This document shows, one piece after another, positions 11,584 through 24,582 of a stretch of DNA of 64,000 bases. Positions within the stretch are counted from its first letter, which is position 1, and every line of letters begins with the position of its first letter. The position numbers and the translations under genes are program-made. Under the pieces are notes generated by a model, which was given only the letters and a program-made list of their open reading frames with translations, made no database searches and had not been told where the DNA came from. This DNA comes from Mustelus asterias (taxonomy: Eukaryota), in assembly GCF_964213995.1 (NCBI RefSeq), contig NC_135808.1, positions 109,616,001 through 109,680,000 on the forward strand, read 5' to 3'.

Positions 11584-13314
11584 CTGTCACGACACTACGG
11601 ATTTCCTACAGAAACTCAACGCACATGGAGCAGTTGAACCAGGAGCACTCCTCGTCACAATGGATGTCTCGGCACTCTACACCAGCATCCCCCACGATGA
11701 TGGCATTGCTGCAACGGCCTCAGTACTCAACGCCGACAACTGCCAGTTTCCAGATACAATTTTACAACTCATCCGCTTCATCCTGGACCACAATGTCTTC
11801 ACCTTCAACAACCGGTTCTTCATCCAGACACACGGAACAGCCATGGGGACCAAATTCGCACCTCAATATGCCAACACCTTCATGCACAGGTTCGAACAAG
11901 ACTTCTTCACCGCACAGGACCTTCAACCGATGCTATAGACTAGATACATCGATGACATTTTCTTCCTTTGGCATCATGGTAAACAATCACTGAAACAACT
12001 ATATGATGACATCAACAGGTTCCATCCCACCATCAGACTCACCATGGACTACTCTCCGGAATCGGTTGCATTCTTGGACACACGGATCTCCATTAAGGAC
12101 GGCCACCTCAGCACCTCACTGTATCGCAGCCCACGAATAACCTCACGATGCTCCACTTCTCCAGCTTCCACCCTAAACACGTTAAAGAAGCCATCCCCGA
12201 CGGACAAGCCCTCTGTATACACAGGATCTGCTCAGATGAGGAGGATCGCAACAGACACCTCCAAACGCTGAAAGATGCCCTCATAAGAACAGGATATGGC
12301 GTTCGACTCATTGATCCGACAGTTCCGACGCGCCACAGTGAAAAACCGCTCTGACCTCCTCAGAAGACAAACACGGAACACGGTGGACAGAGTACCCTTC
12401 GTCGTCCAGTACTTCCCCGGAGTGGAGAAGCTACGGCATCCGGAGCCTTCAACATGTCATTGATGAAGACGAACATCTCGCCAAGGCCATCCCCACAGCC
12501 CCACTTCTTGCCTTCAAACAACCGCACAACCTCACACAGAACATTGTCCGCAGCAAACTACCCAGCCTTCAAGAGAACAGTGACCACGACACCACACAAC
12601 CTTGCCACAGCAATCTCTGCAAGACGTGCCGGATCATCGACACGGATGCCATCATCTCACGTGAGAACACCACCTACCAGGTACACGGTACCTACTCTTG
12701 CAACTCGGCCAACGTTGTCTACCTGATAGGCTGCAGGAAAGGATGTCCCGTGGCATGGTACATTGGGGAAACCATGCAGACGCTATGACAACGGGTGAAT
12801 GAACACCGCTCAACAATCACCAGGCAAGACTGTTCTCTTCCTGTGGGGGAGCACATCAGCGGTCACGGGCATTCAGCCTCTGACCTTCGGGTAAGCGTTC
12901 TCTTCACGACACACGATAGCGCAGAGTCGCTGAGCAGAAACTGTTAGCCAAGTTCTGCATACACGAGGACGGCCTAAACCGGGATGTTGGGTTTATGTCA
13001 CACTATCAGTAACCCCCACAGCTTGCTTCCTGAAGTTGCAGAATCTCACTGGCTGTCCTGTCTGGAGACAATACACATCTCTTTAACCTGTGCTTAATGC
13101 TCCCTCCACTCACATTGTCTGTATCTTTAATACCTGGTTGGCTGTAGAGCTTCACATTCTAATCAGTATTCTGTAATTTGATTTTGTGTCTCTGTGCCGT
13201 TTGAGAGCAGATTTCCACTCCATCTGACGAAGGAGCAGTGCCCCGAAAGCTAATGGCATTTGCTACCAAATAAACCTGTTGGACTTTAACCTGGTGTTGT
13301 TCAAACTCTTACTG
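11584..13314 (+). mobile_element. Penelope-like element, 5'-truncated (RT + GIY-YIG, disrupted)
   Basis: MDVSALYTSIP, GTAMG, RYIDD and WYIGET motifs; 13-bp TSD cctttaaaacatt at 11571 and 13315. Confidence 0.95.
13220..13256 (+). ncRNA. Minimal type I hammerhead ribozyme motif in a Penelope terminal repeat
   Basis: ccat-CTGACGA-a-ggagc-agt-gcccc-GAAA-gcta-atgg: stem I, core, stem II (one mismatch), GAAA, NUH. Confidence 0.65.
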
Positions 13315-14014
13315 CCTTTAAAACATTGCCAGGTCAACCATTCAATCTAACCACATAAAGAGGCTACTCCGCTGCTATTCACAAAGACTGGATAGAAACT
13401 GAAGTCAAATTCATGCTGTTATTTATTCAATGCACCACAGGATTCTAAGGAACCTGGCCCATAATGCACATGACTGAATACCACAGTAGACTATCAAAGT
13501 AGCTCTTCCCTGCCAGCTAAGTGTACAAATGCTTGGAGGATAAAGGCAAAATACTGCGGATGCTGGAATCTGAAACAAAAATAGACAATGCTGAAAAATC
13601 TCAGCTGGTCTGACAACATCTGTGGAGAGAGAATCGAGCCAACATCTCCAGTCAGGATGACCCTTCCTCAGAGCTTGTTTGGAAAGGGCTGGAATGTGCT
13701 GCCTGAGAGTGTGGCGAAGGCAGGTTCGATTAAAGTATTCAAAGGGGGAATCAGCCTGCAGTGTTTGAGGGAGAACGGTACTGTGTTCGTTGCTCATTCA
13801 GAGAGTCAAGTTCAGATACGCTGGACGGGCTGAATGGCCTCCTTGTACGCATTCTGCACCAGCTCGAGGTGCCAATCACGAGGCAGGCACCGACATCAGA
13901 AAAATAAGAGCCCGCGTATGATCCTTAATGTCAGGAGCACCCAGTGGTTTACATATAAATCCTGTGCACATGAAACACACTCTCTCCCCCATCAATCCCG
14001 TCTCACTCACTCAC

Positions 14015-14490
14015 CCAACTCCTCGCTGCCATCAGCGCCCTCTCGGTCCTTGACCAATCAGCGGCGTCTCGGTCCTCCGCCAATCAGCAACAACCAATCC
14101 TTAAGCAACAACCAATCCGAAGGGGGGAAAACCTTTGTCAGGACGGGATTGGTTAATAATCTCACCAATCCCACCTCAGCTCCACCCGCCTTCCGCCAAT
14201 CAAGACCGAGCTCTCCTCGGGAGCGCCCCGCGCACGAACGAAGCCATTAACCGGAGAGTTACGTTCAGTATGATCTTGTCTTTATTGATAATTATTTTCC
14301 AGCCGTGTATTACTGCCCCCTCCCCCCCGGGTTTGGATCTTTCAATTAGGATGGGAAAGAAATTGGCGATAGATTTACCGGTGGAGGCCGAGCCGCGCGA
14401 TCCGAGCGGCCAGGACGGCGCATGCGCAGATGAGGAGTTTACGTCAGATGGGTATCGGCTACGTCACAAGGATCGGTGACGTCACCCATA
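14015..14490. promoter_or_regulatory. CpG-rich, probably bidirectional promoter (DPH2 on minus, orphan gene on plus)
   Basis: Seven CCAAT boxes at 14054-14200; NRF1 palindrome GCGCATGCGC at 14418-14427; CRE-like ACGTCA sites near 14441 and 14461; perfect GGTGACGTCACC at 14475-14486; minus-strand donors at 14014 (TGG|gtgagt) and 14378 (CCG|gtaaat). Confidence 0.75.
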
Positions 14491-14582
14491 CAAGTGCGTT
14501 CCAAGTTGAAGATGATCAGACTCAAGACTCAGACTCAGTGCAAACAACTCATAGCTGCAGCTGGAAATATACCCCAGGGTGG

Positions 14583-14598
14583 ATGATAATACCAAATA
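14583..14598 (+). CDS. Putative coding exon 1 of an uncharacterised membrane protein (MIIPN...); in-frame upstream ATGs at 14430 and 14448 are alternative starts
   Basis: Donor ATA|gtaagt at 14599, phase 1, which matches the phase-1 acceptor at 17983. Confidence 0.5.
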
Positions 14599-15079
14599 GT
14601 AAGTATGTAATGCCATTAGGGTTTTGGATCAATAGAAACAGCAACAATTTATATTCAAATTGTGCCTTGAAAGGCAGTTCACAGTGGCAGCATTGCCACA
14701 CAAACTCTTGACACTCCAGGAATATTGTCAGGGTGTTCAATAAAAGCCCGAATCAGAGAATTAGGTTTCAAGCAGTGAGAAGTGGAGAGGTCCAGGGAGT
14801 GAATCCCAGGCTTTCAGTCATAGAATCCCTACAGGGCAGAAGGAGGTCATTTGGCTCATCGAGCCTGCACTGACAACAATCCCACTCATGCCCTATCCCC
14901 ATAACCACATGTTATGTTCCGTGCCACTGTAATCGATGGACCTGATTAAGCAGTTCTAAAGATCTGCAACAAAACAGAAAATGCTGGAAAATCTCTGCAG
15001 GTCTGACAGCATCTGTGGGAAGAGAATAGAGCCAACGTTTTGAGTTTAGATGACCCTTCGTCAGAAGAAGTAAAAATCT

Positions 15080-16770
15080 GCAGCTTGTCTCAGTAAACCA
15101 TGAAATGGAGGAAACAGCATTGTGTGTTGAATGAAGTGTACACATTGAAAAACACCCTGCAATTAGAATCATGGAAGATTTAGTACAACTGTATACAGAA
15201 TGTTTTGATGAGTTGCTTTGAAGATTTTGAGTATCATTGATCCAGGGGAGAAGCCAGTGATTTATCCCCCACATAAAGTACCAATAGACCTAAAAGGAAA
15301 GATTGAAAGCGAGCACCAAGAGATGGAAAAAAAATTAAGTAATTGCCAGAGTCACAGAGCCTGCAGATTGGATAAATTCAATCATGGTAAGAAAGCAGCT
15401 AAATAGACAGCTAAGAATTTATCTGGATCCCAAAGATCTTCGTCAAGTAATAAAGAGGAATCACTACCTTCTTCAACAATAGAAGAGATCACGACAGCAT
15501 TGACAGGGGCAAAAGTTTTCAGCAAGCTCGATGCCAGAAATGGCTGCGGAAAAAAGAAGCTTAATAAGAAATCTTCACTATTGACAACATTCAACGCACC
15601 TTTTGGTCAATATCAGTTCCTGTGTCTGTCTTGTAGCTTTAAAGTGAGCCAGGATGTGTGTCACCAGAAAATAGACAAAACATATAGAGGATATAAAAGA
15701 GCAGTCAACAAAGCTGATGATATCCAGATCTATGGTGGAGATGGAAAAGATCATGACTACCATCTACATGAAACCAATGGAGAGAACCAGAAAAGCTGGG
15801 ATCAGACTAAACCCAGGTAAATGTATTGTGAGGGCGACAGAATGTCAGTTCTTCAGAGTAGTGTTCACATCTGATTTCCTGAAAAAGTCACAGGTATCTC
15901 TGGGATGGAAGAGACAGGAAACAGTTGAGGAGTTTCCTTGGCCATTACGTGAGTTCTTTCATATCTTGCATGTCAGACCACATAGCAAACCTGCTGGAGC
16001 TGGTGAAAGAATATATAGAGTACCAGTGGTCAGAGTCACATGACAGGACTTTCAATAAACCCAAAAAGGTAATATGCCAGGAGACAAGTTTGTCTCCTTA
16101 CAACAGAAATAAATTTGTCACTCTGCAAATGAATGCTTCTACAAAAGGACCGGGAGCAGCCTTGGTACAAAGGCAAAAGCCAATAGCATCTGCAACCTTA
16201 GTTGAGGTTGGATATCCCAACAGAGAGAGCTTTTAGCAGTTGCATAAGGATGTGAGAAATTCTGCACTTATCTCTATTGATAAAGATCATTGTCCACTGG
16301 AGCAGATCTACATGAAAAATCTGTGTACAGCTTCAGCAAGACTGCAGAGATTAATCTTGCTGCTTCAGAGTTATGATTTCACTTTAAAATACAAGCCAAA
16401 ACGATGGTGTTCACAAACGGCCTCTCTCAGTTGTTGCGTCAGGAGAAATATCTAAAAGTTCTGGGTATAAAGATCCATCACTTGGTGAATGCAAGATAAC
16501 CAAAACTCAGTCAAATTAAAGATGAGACCAGCATAGGCGAAGAGTTACAGATGCTCTCGCAGCAAGTGATCAGTCTTGGCCTGATGAGATACAGCAAACA
16601 CAGCCAGCAAATTGGCAGTTCTGGTCTATCAGAGATGACATCTCACTAGAAGATGGTGTTCTGTCAGCCAGAATAATCATACCCAAAACAATGCATAGAG
16701 AACTTCTCCAGAGGATATATGAAGGCCACATGTGAATGAAGAAGTGTAAGCTCAAAGCCAGATCCAACAA
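15080..16770 (+). mobile_element. Degenerate Gypsy/Ty3 pol remnant (RT, RNase H, start of integrase)
   Basis: GAKVFSKLDA, TTFNAPFG, ADDI, LQMNASTKGPGAALVQ and RLQRL motifs, with frameshifts. Confidence 0.9.
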
Positions 16771-17079
16771 GGGAGAATTTAACACCTCTCCTTGGAATTC
16801 GGTTACCATCGTTGAATCCCCCACCATCAATATCCTGAGGTCACCATTGGCCAGAAACTTAATTGGCCGAGTCATATAAAGACTGTGACTACAAGAGCAG
16901 GTCAGAGGCTAGGAATTCAATGCTGAATAACTAACCTCCTGACTCCTCAGGGACCATAATTACCCCTAGACTTTATTACTCCATTGCTCTAACTGGTCTC
17001 TCAATTTGCACACTTGGTAAAATTGAACTCATCCAAAACTCTGCTCCCATGTCCGAACTTGCACCGAGTGCTACACCAG

Positions 17080-17367
17080 GTTGGCACAGTGGTTAGCACT
17101 GCTGTCTCACAACGCCAGGGACTCCGGTTCGATTCCCGGCTTAGGTGACTGTGTGGAGTTTGCACATTCTCCCTGTGTCTGCGTGAGTTTCCTCCGGGTG
17201 CTCCGGTTTCCTCCCATAGTCCGAAAGACGTGCTGGTTAGGTGCATTGGCCATGCTAAATTCTCCCTCAGTGTACCCAAACAGGTGCTGGAGTATGGTGA
17301 TTAGGGGATTTCCACAGTAACTTCATTGCAGTATTAATGTAAGCCTACTTGTGATTAATAAATAAAC
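17080..17367 (+). mobile_element. HE1-like SINE inserted in an L2 3' fragment (~16930-17775)
   Basis: SINE head and tail; the flanking L2-like sequence ends gctatataaatgtaag. Confidence 0.8.
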
Positions 17368-17983
17368 ATTGTGCCTGCTGGCCTGCATTTGCTCCCAGTC
17401 CAGGGGCCCTTTGACTTTAAACTTCTCACCCTGATTTTTATATCCAAGGCTTTTATACTCCAAAACTCACCCAGGCTTACATTCCTTTGAGATCTCTGCA
17501 CTCTTCTAGTTCTGGCCCCTTGCATGTCCCCAATTTTAATCCACCATTCGGGCCACGCCTTCAGCTTCCTAGCCTGAAGTTCTGGAATTTTTTCTCAAAG
17601 CCTCTTTGCCTCTCAACCTCCCTCTCCTCCTTAAAACCTAATTGACCAAGATTTTGGTCATCTGTCCTCATATCTCTTTATGTGGCTCAGTGTTAGGTGT
17701 TGTTTGATGACTCTTCTGTGAAGCACATTGGGATATTTGACTATGTTAAGATGCTATATAAATGTAAGGTCTGGTTGCTTGAAATTAACATTCAGAAATT
17801 AATAAATAATGAGAGAAATTGACCTCTTAATTCACTGAGAGCCTGAGTAATGCTAAAGACAGTAATTCAGGACATACTGATTGCATTTCTCCATAGCATT
17901 GTAGACAAAAATAAGTCAAATTTTAACTCATTTTTATATGTCATGGATATATGTAAAAATAAAAATATTTATTTTATTTTTAG

Positions 17984-18738
17984 ACTGGGTTTGTCCCTTT
18001 TTCATCGCCTTTGGAGCTTGTATGATATTGGCAACTGTTACCTGTTGCCTGTTTCACTTGCGGAAGACCAGAAACCGGAAAAAGGAGATAACAGAATGGG
18101 TGAATGCCATGAAATTTGGGGGGAAAGTGTATCATCCATTATTGCACTGGATTAAGAACAACAGTGATCTATCTATTAAAACTAGAATGTATTGCTCAGC
18201 CAGTGAGGAATGCAAGAAAAGAAAGATTTGGAAAACCCGCACCATATTACCAGTGAGATACAAGAAGATAATGGAGGAACCAAGTGTGCTTAATCGTGAA
18301 GCAGGTGACTGTAATAGCATGCACGTTGGAAACAAGCCTTTTCCCAAACCACCTGTGTATGTCGCCACTGGTGAAGCCAGTTCCCTATATGGTCAGGTTA
18401 ATCATAATGAACAAGCCAAGTGTAAGTCTTCCTTAAATACTAAGAAATCCCAGCAGCAAGTCTTTCCAAACTCTCTTTTTCTGGATGAAAAACGTGTGGT
18501 GGAACGTGACAAACGGCAATCTGTCAATGCCTGTCCAGATGTAAATAGTCCGTTTAGTTCTTCAGAACACAAGGAGTGTTCAGACTCTATTTCAACTAGA
18601 TTATCTGATTTAAAAGTGGAAAAGCATGAAGCTTCAACCATCAGACAGGAGCGCTGTAAGGCACCTGTGTTGTCCGAACCAAACTCAGATACCCAGAAAG
18701 CCAATGTCTATTCTGTCCCTGACACTGTCTCTTTGTGA
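17984..18738 (+). CDS. Terminal coding exon of an uncharacterised single-pass membrane protein
   Basis: 755-nt open frame in non-repeat DNA; acceptor ttttattttatttttag; hydrophobic WVCPFFIAFGACMILATVTCCLFHL followed by RKTRNRKK; TGA ends at 18738; AATAAA at 19051 and 19115. Confidence 0.75.
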
Positions 18739-20879
18739 AAGTTCTCTCTGTTTTTTTTCAGATTCTATATGCCCCCTCCATCTGGCAGTATTCAGATGTG
18801 TTTAACCTGTCAATTCTATTATTATTCTAAGAAATTCTGCACCATTTCAAGATTCCACTATTTTCACACTCTAAATAATCTGCTTGGAATCACTTTCAGA
18901 TCCTATCAAAACTACTGTCTCCAAATTTCAGTTTATAATCTAATAGTTTTGTTATCTATTCCGCATCTGGTGCGGCCTATAATAGAATTGTTTTTCTAAA
19001 CAGCATAAAATAGCTTCACTCTAACACATATGCATAGTTAATTAATATCAAATAAAGGAAATGTCTATTTCAGTGCTGACATTGTGCTTTAAAGTGCAAA
19101 TCTATTGTATGAATAATAAATATAATTCAAATCCTGTTGACTCAAAGCTGAACTGAACCTAAATGCTTAACGCCGTTTCTTTATGATTTTAACATGGTCA
19201 TTGTATTTAGAGATTTGGTTACTTACTCTCCTGGCTTTAATTCCAGGGCAAGTTGACATTTCCCCACACATTTCCGAATCCAGGATAACATTTACCTCCA
19301 GATATGTTACTAATTGATCTTCCAGAGTGAGGAGGTAAAAATTAACTAGGATTCGTGTTTCTGATCTATTTCCAGCAACTCCTACCTAGATTACAGCCAA
19401 GAACTTTCTGCCAAGTTCCACCTGCCGTTAGTAGATATGAACGGGAAATTAGGACGGAATAGCCTATCTTTAATCTTCCCACGCCATCACTGCAGTCAGG
19501 GATCTTCCTCCAACAGGAAAGCTTGCCAGCCATACTTGACCATATTCAACCCAGCCAGTTACTCTCTTTACCACCACTTTCACAGATAAACCCTAGGATT
19601 GATAACAGAAAGTTGGCGGTGCACCTTGACATTGTACCAAGGATCTCACAATGGCCATCGTTGGAAGAGAAAGGCCCAATAGACTGTTACCTCTTCCTCT
19701 CTTCATGCCCTTGACCTGAAGTATGAGCCCCTCATTTAAAGAGAGCCTTTTCTGAGAATTTGTCGCTTAAATCATCTGCAGCATTAACTAATTTTTTCAG
19801 TGTTTATAGGTTTCCACTATGTGTTGGAAATGCTGGCTGGAACCAGCTCTGCAAAATTGATGAGCCCCAAGCAGGAAAATGGCTCAGGACTTCTGCAAGA
19901 TCAACAGAAATTCCACCTTATCCCATCCCTGACAGCAAATCCGCTCCAGAGGAAATTCAGCCTGACACTTGTTTGAACTTCAGTGCAACGTGGAGGCTTG
20001 ATAATGCCTCCTGCAGACAAGTAGTCTGCCCACACTCATAATCAGAGCTCCTGCAGCGCAGTACTGAGGGAGCACTGCAGTTTTTGTGGTGCCATTTTTC
20101 CATGAGGTATTTAACTGAGGCCCCATCTGCCTTCTCATGCGGATGTAAAATGGCACTATTTTGAATAAAAGCAGGGAAGTTATTCCTGGTTTTCTAGCCA
20201 ATATTTATGGTGGCACATTCACTGCTGCTAATCTGGTGATTCTACATTCATCTAGGATATAAGTTTTATTTTGGGCAAGACAGAGGTCAACGATTATAAA
20301 TCAACATTTATCTTCCTACGGATCAAATGCTTGATTGAATTTTATCTGCACTCTGGAGGTGAAATATTGCAGCTGGTGTCAGTCTTAGCGATGGTCTATT
20401 GGAGTCGGAATAAAACATCCAAAACTCATTTCACCCACACTCAGTCATTATACAAGGAGACAGCATTTGTATTTCCATTAATTTGAACTGTTTCCAACTA
20501 CCCGTGGTGAAGTGAACAGTGTTAGCCACACCCTATTTTGTCAACCAATTATTTCCAATAGACGGTTGACAAATTTTGGAACATTATCTAAATTTGTATT
20601 TTATTGGCATCCAATTCCGGTGTGTGCATGATTAATGAGGTGGGAAGCAGATACAGCACAAAAACCTCACCATTGCGGCAAGTGGGAAAAATGTTGTTTT
20701 TCACACCTACTCCTGCACTTAGTGAAATGTGAGAAAAATCCCACACCATAACATTAAAACGAATTATTTGATTATTGCGGTTGTGAAACCTTAATGTTTA
20801 CAAATTAGCTGCCATGTTTCCTGCAATACACTTCAAAACTACTTCATTAGCTGTATAGCAGTTTCGGACACTCTAAGAT

Positions 20880-21512
20880 GTACAAGGCATATTTTTTACA
20901 GAGAGTGGTGGGTGCCTGGAACTTGTTGCCGGGGGAGGTAGTGGAAGCGGATACGGAAGTGACTTTTAAGGGGCATCTTGACAAGTACATGAATAGGATG
21001 GGAATAGAGGGATATCGTCCCCGGAAGCATAGGGAGTTTTAGTTAAGTTGGGCAGCGTGGTCGGTGCAGGCTTGGAGGGCCGAAGGGCCTGTTCCTGTGC
21101 TGTAATTTTCTTTGTTCTTTGTTCTAAGATCATGAAAAGTGCTTCAGAAATACAAGCCTTCCGTTTCAAATAATGGCTATTTGGGCAAAGAACTTTGAGG
21201 GAGACTAAAACTTGGGGACACAGTTTAAAAATAAGAGATCTCCTTTTAAAGACAAAGATGAGGATTTATTTTTCTTTCTCAGAGGGTTGTGAGAGTTGTT
21301 AGTTTGTGGAATTCTCTTCCCCAGAGAGCAGTGAAGGCTGGGTCATTTATTCTGAGTTAGATAAATTTTTGATAGGCAAAGGTGTCAAGGGTTGTGGAGA
21401 GGGCAGACAGGAAAGTGGAGTTGACACCACAACCAATTCAGCCATTATCTTATCAAATGCTGGAGCAAGCTGGAAAGGCCGAATGGCCTCCTCCTATCCC
21501 TAAGTCTTATGT
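20880..21512 (+). mobile_element. Two CR1 3' fragments (20880-21125, 21190-21512)
   Basis: cagagagtggtgggtgcctggaac; (ttctttg)n tail. Confidence 0.85.
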
Positions 21513-21750
21513 TCCAATGTAACTGGAATCTTTTCATGGAATAATAATGCGCAAGCAGTTACCATTTTAAGGAGAGATCAGGAGAAAACTGGCAAGAAAA
21601 AGAACTATGGTCAAATTATGTTGCTTGCTATCCTATGATTCCTTCTGGAATGTGTATATTTATTTTTGGAGGCTAGTTCGGCTATGATATCACATAATCA
21701 AAATGCCAGCAGCAATCTTAATGTCTTAGGCCCAACCATCTTCAGCTGCT

Positions 21751-22905
21751 CATGGCAGACTGGTGCAGAAGGTGAAGTCGCATGGGATCAAAAGTGAGCT
21801 GGCAAGGTGGATACAGAACTGGCTTGGTCATAGAAGACAGAGGGTAGGAGTGGAAGGGTGTGTTTCTGAATGGAGGGCTGTGACAAGTGGCATTCCTCAG
21901 GGATCAGTGCTGGGACCTTTGCTGTTCGGAATATATATAAATGATTTGGAAGAAAATGTAACTGGTTTGGTTAGTAAGTTTGCGGATGACACAAAGATTG
22001 GTGGATTTGCGGATAGCGATGAGGACCATCAGAGGATACAGCAGGATATAGATAGGTTGGAGGCTTGGGCGGAGAGATGGCAGATGGAGTTTAATCCGGA
22101 CAAATGTGAGGTAATGCATTTTGGAAGGTCTAATATAAAGATAGAAAATAAACAGTAAATGGCAGAACCCTTAAGAGTATTGATAGGCAGAGAGATCTGG
22201 GTGTACAGGCACACAAATCACTGAAAGTGGCAATGCAGGTGGAGAAGGTAGTCAAGAAGGCACACGGCATGCTTGCCTTCATCGGCTGGGACATTGAGTT
22301 TAAAAATTGGCAAGTCATGTTACAGCTTTATAGAACCTTAGTTAGGCTGCACTTGGAATATAGTGTTCAATTCTGGTCGCCACACTACCAGAAGGATGTG
22401 GAGGCTGTGGAGAGGGTACAGAAAAGATTTACCAGGATGTCGCCTGGCATGGAGGGCATTGGCTATGAGAAGAGGTTGGAGAAACTTGGTTTGTCCTCAC
22501 TGGAACGACGGAGGTTGAGGGGTGACCTGATAGTAGTCTACAAGATTATGAGGGGCATGGACAGAGTGGATAGTCAGAAGCTTTTTCCCAGGATGGAAGA
22601 GTCAATTACTAGGGGGCACAGGTTTAAGGTGCGAGGGGCAAGGTTTAAAGGAGATGTACGAGGCAAGTTTTTTACACAGAGGGTGGTGGGTGCCTGGAAC
22701 TCGCTGCCGGGGGAGGTAGTGGAAGCAGATACAGTCGTAACTTTTAAGGGGCGTCTTGATAAATACATGAATTGGATGGGAATAGAGGGATATGGTCCCT
22801 GGAAGGGTAGAGGGTTTTAGTTAAGTCGGGCAGCATGGTCAGTGCAGGCTTGGAGGGCCGAAGGGCCTGTTCCTGTGCTGTAATTTTCTTTGTCATTTGT
22901 TCTTT
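21751..22905 (+). mobile_element. CR1 LINE 3' part nested in another CR1/L2-like LINE (21715-23815)
   Basis: ORFs 21763-22158 and 22227-22820; the host element resumes at 22906 (MFADV..., W..KWQVTF). Confidence 0.93.
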
Positions 22906-24582
22906 GCTTCATCAATAACCCTCCTTCCATCATAAGGTCAGATGTGGGGATGTTTGCTGATGTCTGCCCAATGTTCAGCACCATTCACGACTCCTCAGAT
23001 ACTGAAGCAGTCCATATCCAAATGCAGCAAAACCTGGATAATATCCAGGCTTGGACTGACAAGTGGCAAGTAACATTTCCGCCACACAAATGCCAGCCAA
23101 TGGCCATTTCCAACAAGCAAGGATCTAACCATCGCCCCTCGAGTTTCAATGGCATTACCATTGCTGAATTCCCCATTATCAACTTCCTGGGGAGTTACCA
23201 TTGACCAGAAACTGAAACTGGACTAACTATATAAATACTATGGCTCCCAGAGAAGGACAAAGGCTAGGAATCCTGCAGCGAATAACTCACCTCCTGACCC
23301 CCTTGGCCACCATCAACAAAGCCTGGCCACCATCAACAAAGCACAAGTCAAGAATGTAATGGAATACTCTCCACTTGCCTGAATGAGTGCAGGTTCAAGA
23401 ACACTTGAGGAGCTTGACACCATGCAGGATAAAACAGCCTGCTAATTGCTACTCCTTCCACAAGCTTTCAATCCCTCCATCACTGAGGAACAGTGGCAGC
23501 AGTGTCTACCATCTACAAGATGCACTGCAGGAATTCACCAAGATTCCTTAGGCAGCACCTTCAAAACCCATGACCACTACCATCTAGAAAGACAAGAACA
23601 GCAGGTACCTGGGAACACCACCAAGGTTCCCCTCCAAGTCACTCATCATCCTGGCTTGAGAATAGATTGCTGTTCCTTCACTGTCACTTAGTCAAAATCC
23701 TGGAACTCCCACCCTAGTAGTACTGTGGAAGTTCTAGAATGCAGTTCATCACCACCTTCTTGATGGCAACGAAGGAGGGGCAATGCCCAAATCCTGTAAA
23801 ATGAATTTTAAAAATTAAAATGTGTAGGCTAAATTATAGAAAATGGGCAATTGGACTAGACACTAGTCCAGCATGAGTCAACACCTTTAGGAAAGGAAAG
23901 AACTTGGTAAATGTAACGCCCTTGTTATCCTGTCTCACAGAGCATAAGTTCTCAGGTTTGTTTTCTTCTTTATGTTACTTTAAAATAGTGGTCGAGAGAC
24001 CACAATCTGGCTCTGAAACCCTGGGCTGGGAAGTAGTAATCCCATAACTATTTGAAGATGAACAGGAGAATTACCTGCTTCTAGCTAACATTTATCCTTC
24101 AATCAGTGGATCCAAAAAAAAGATTAACCATGGGCATGTATCTTATTTTTGTACCTGAGACCATCCTATGTGCAAACTGGCTACCAGGTTTGCCTACAAA
24201 CCAATAACAACAGCCCTTTAAAAGCTGCAGTTACTACCTTTCTTTGAAGTCAATATTCAAGAAGTTTTACATCAGAAAACCTCAGAAAATGATGGAACTG
24301 AAGGGGCAATGTCACCCCTTTCATTCACTGTAGACTTTCAACCATTTTGTTCTGAGCTAATATTTATTTCTATTCACCACCAGGATTAACTGACATGTTA
24401 TTAACTTACAAATATTGCTGCATAACAGTAATATTTTAAAGTCAGATCGTAAAAGTATGAAACACAGAAAGAGGCCATTCAACTCAACAGGTCTACATCA
24501 GCTCTTTGTTAGAGCAATCCAAAATTAATTGCACTGTTTATTTATCTTAATCCTGCATCTTCTCCAACTTTCTATGCCTATA

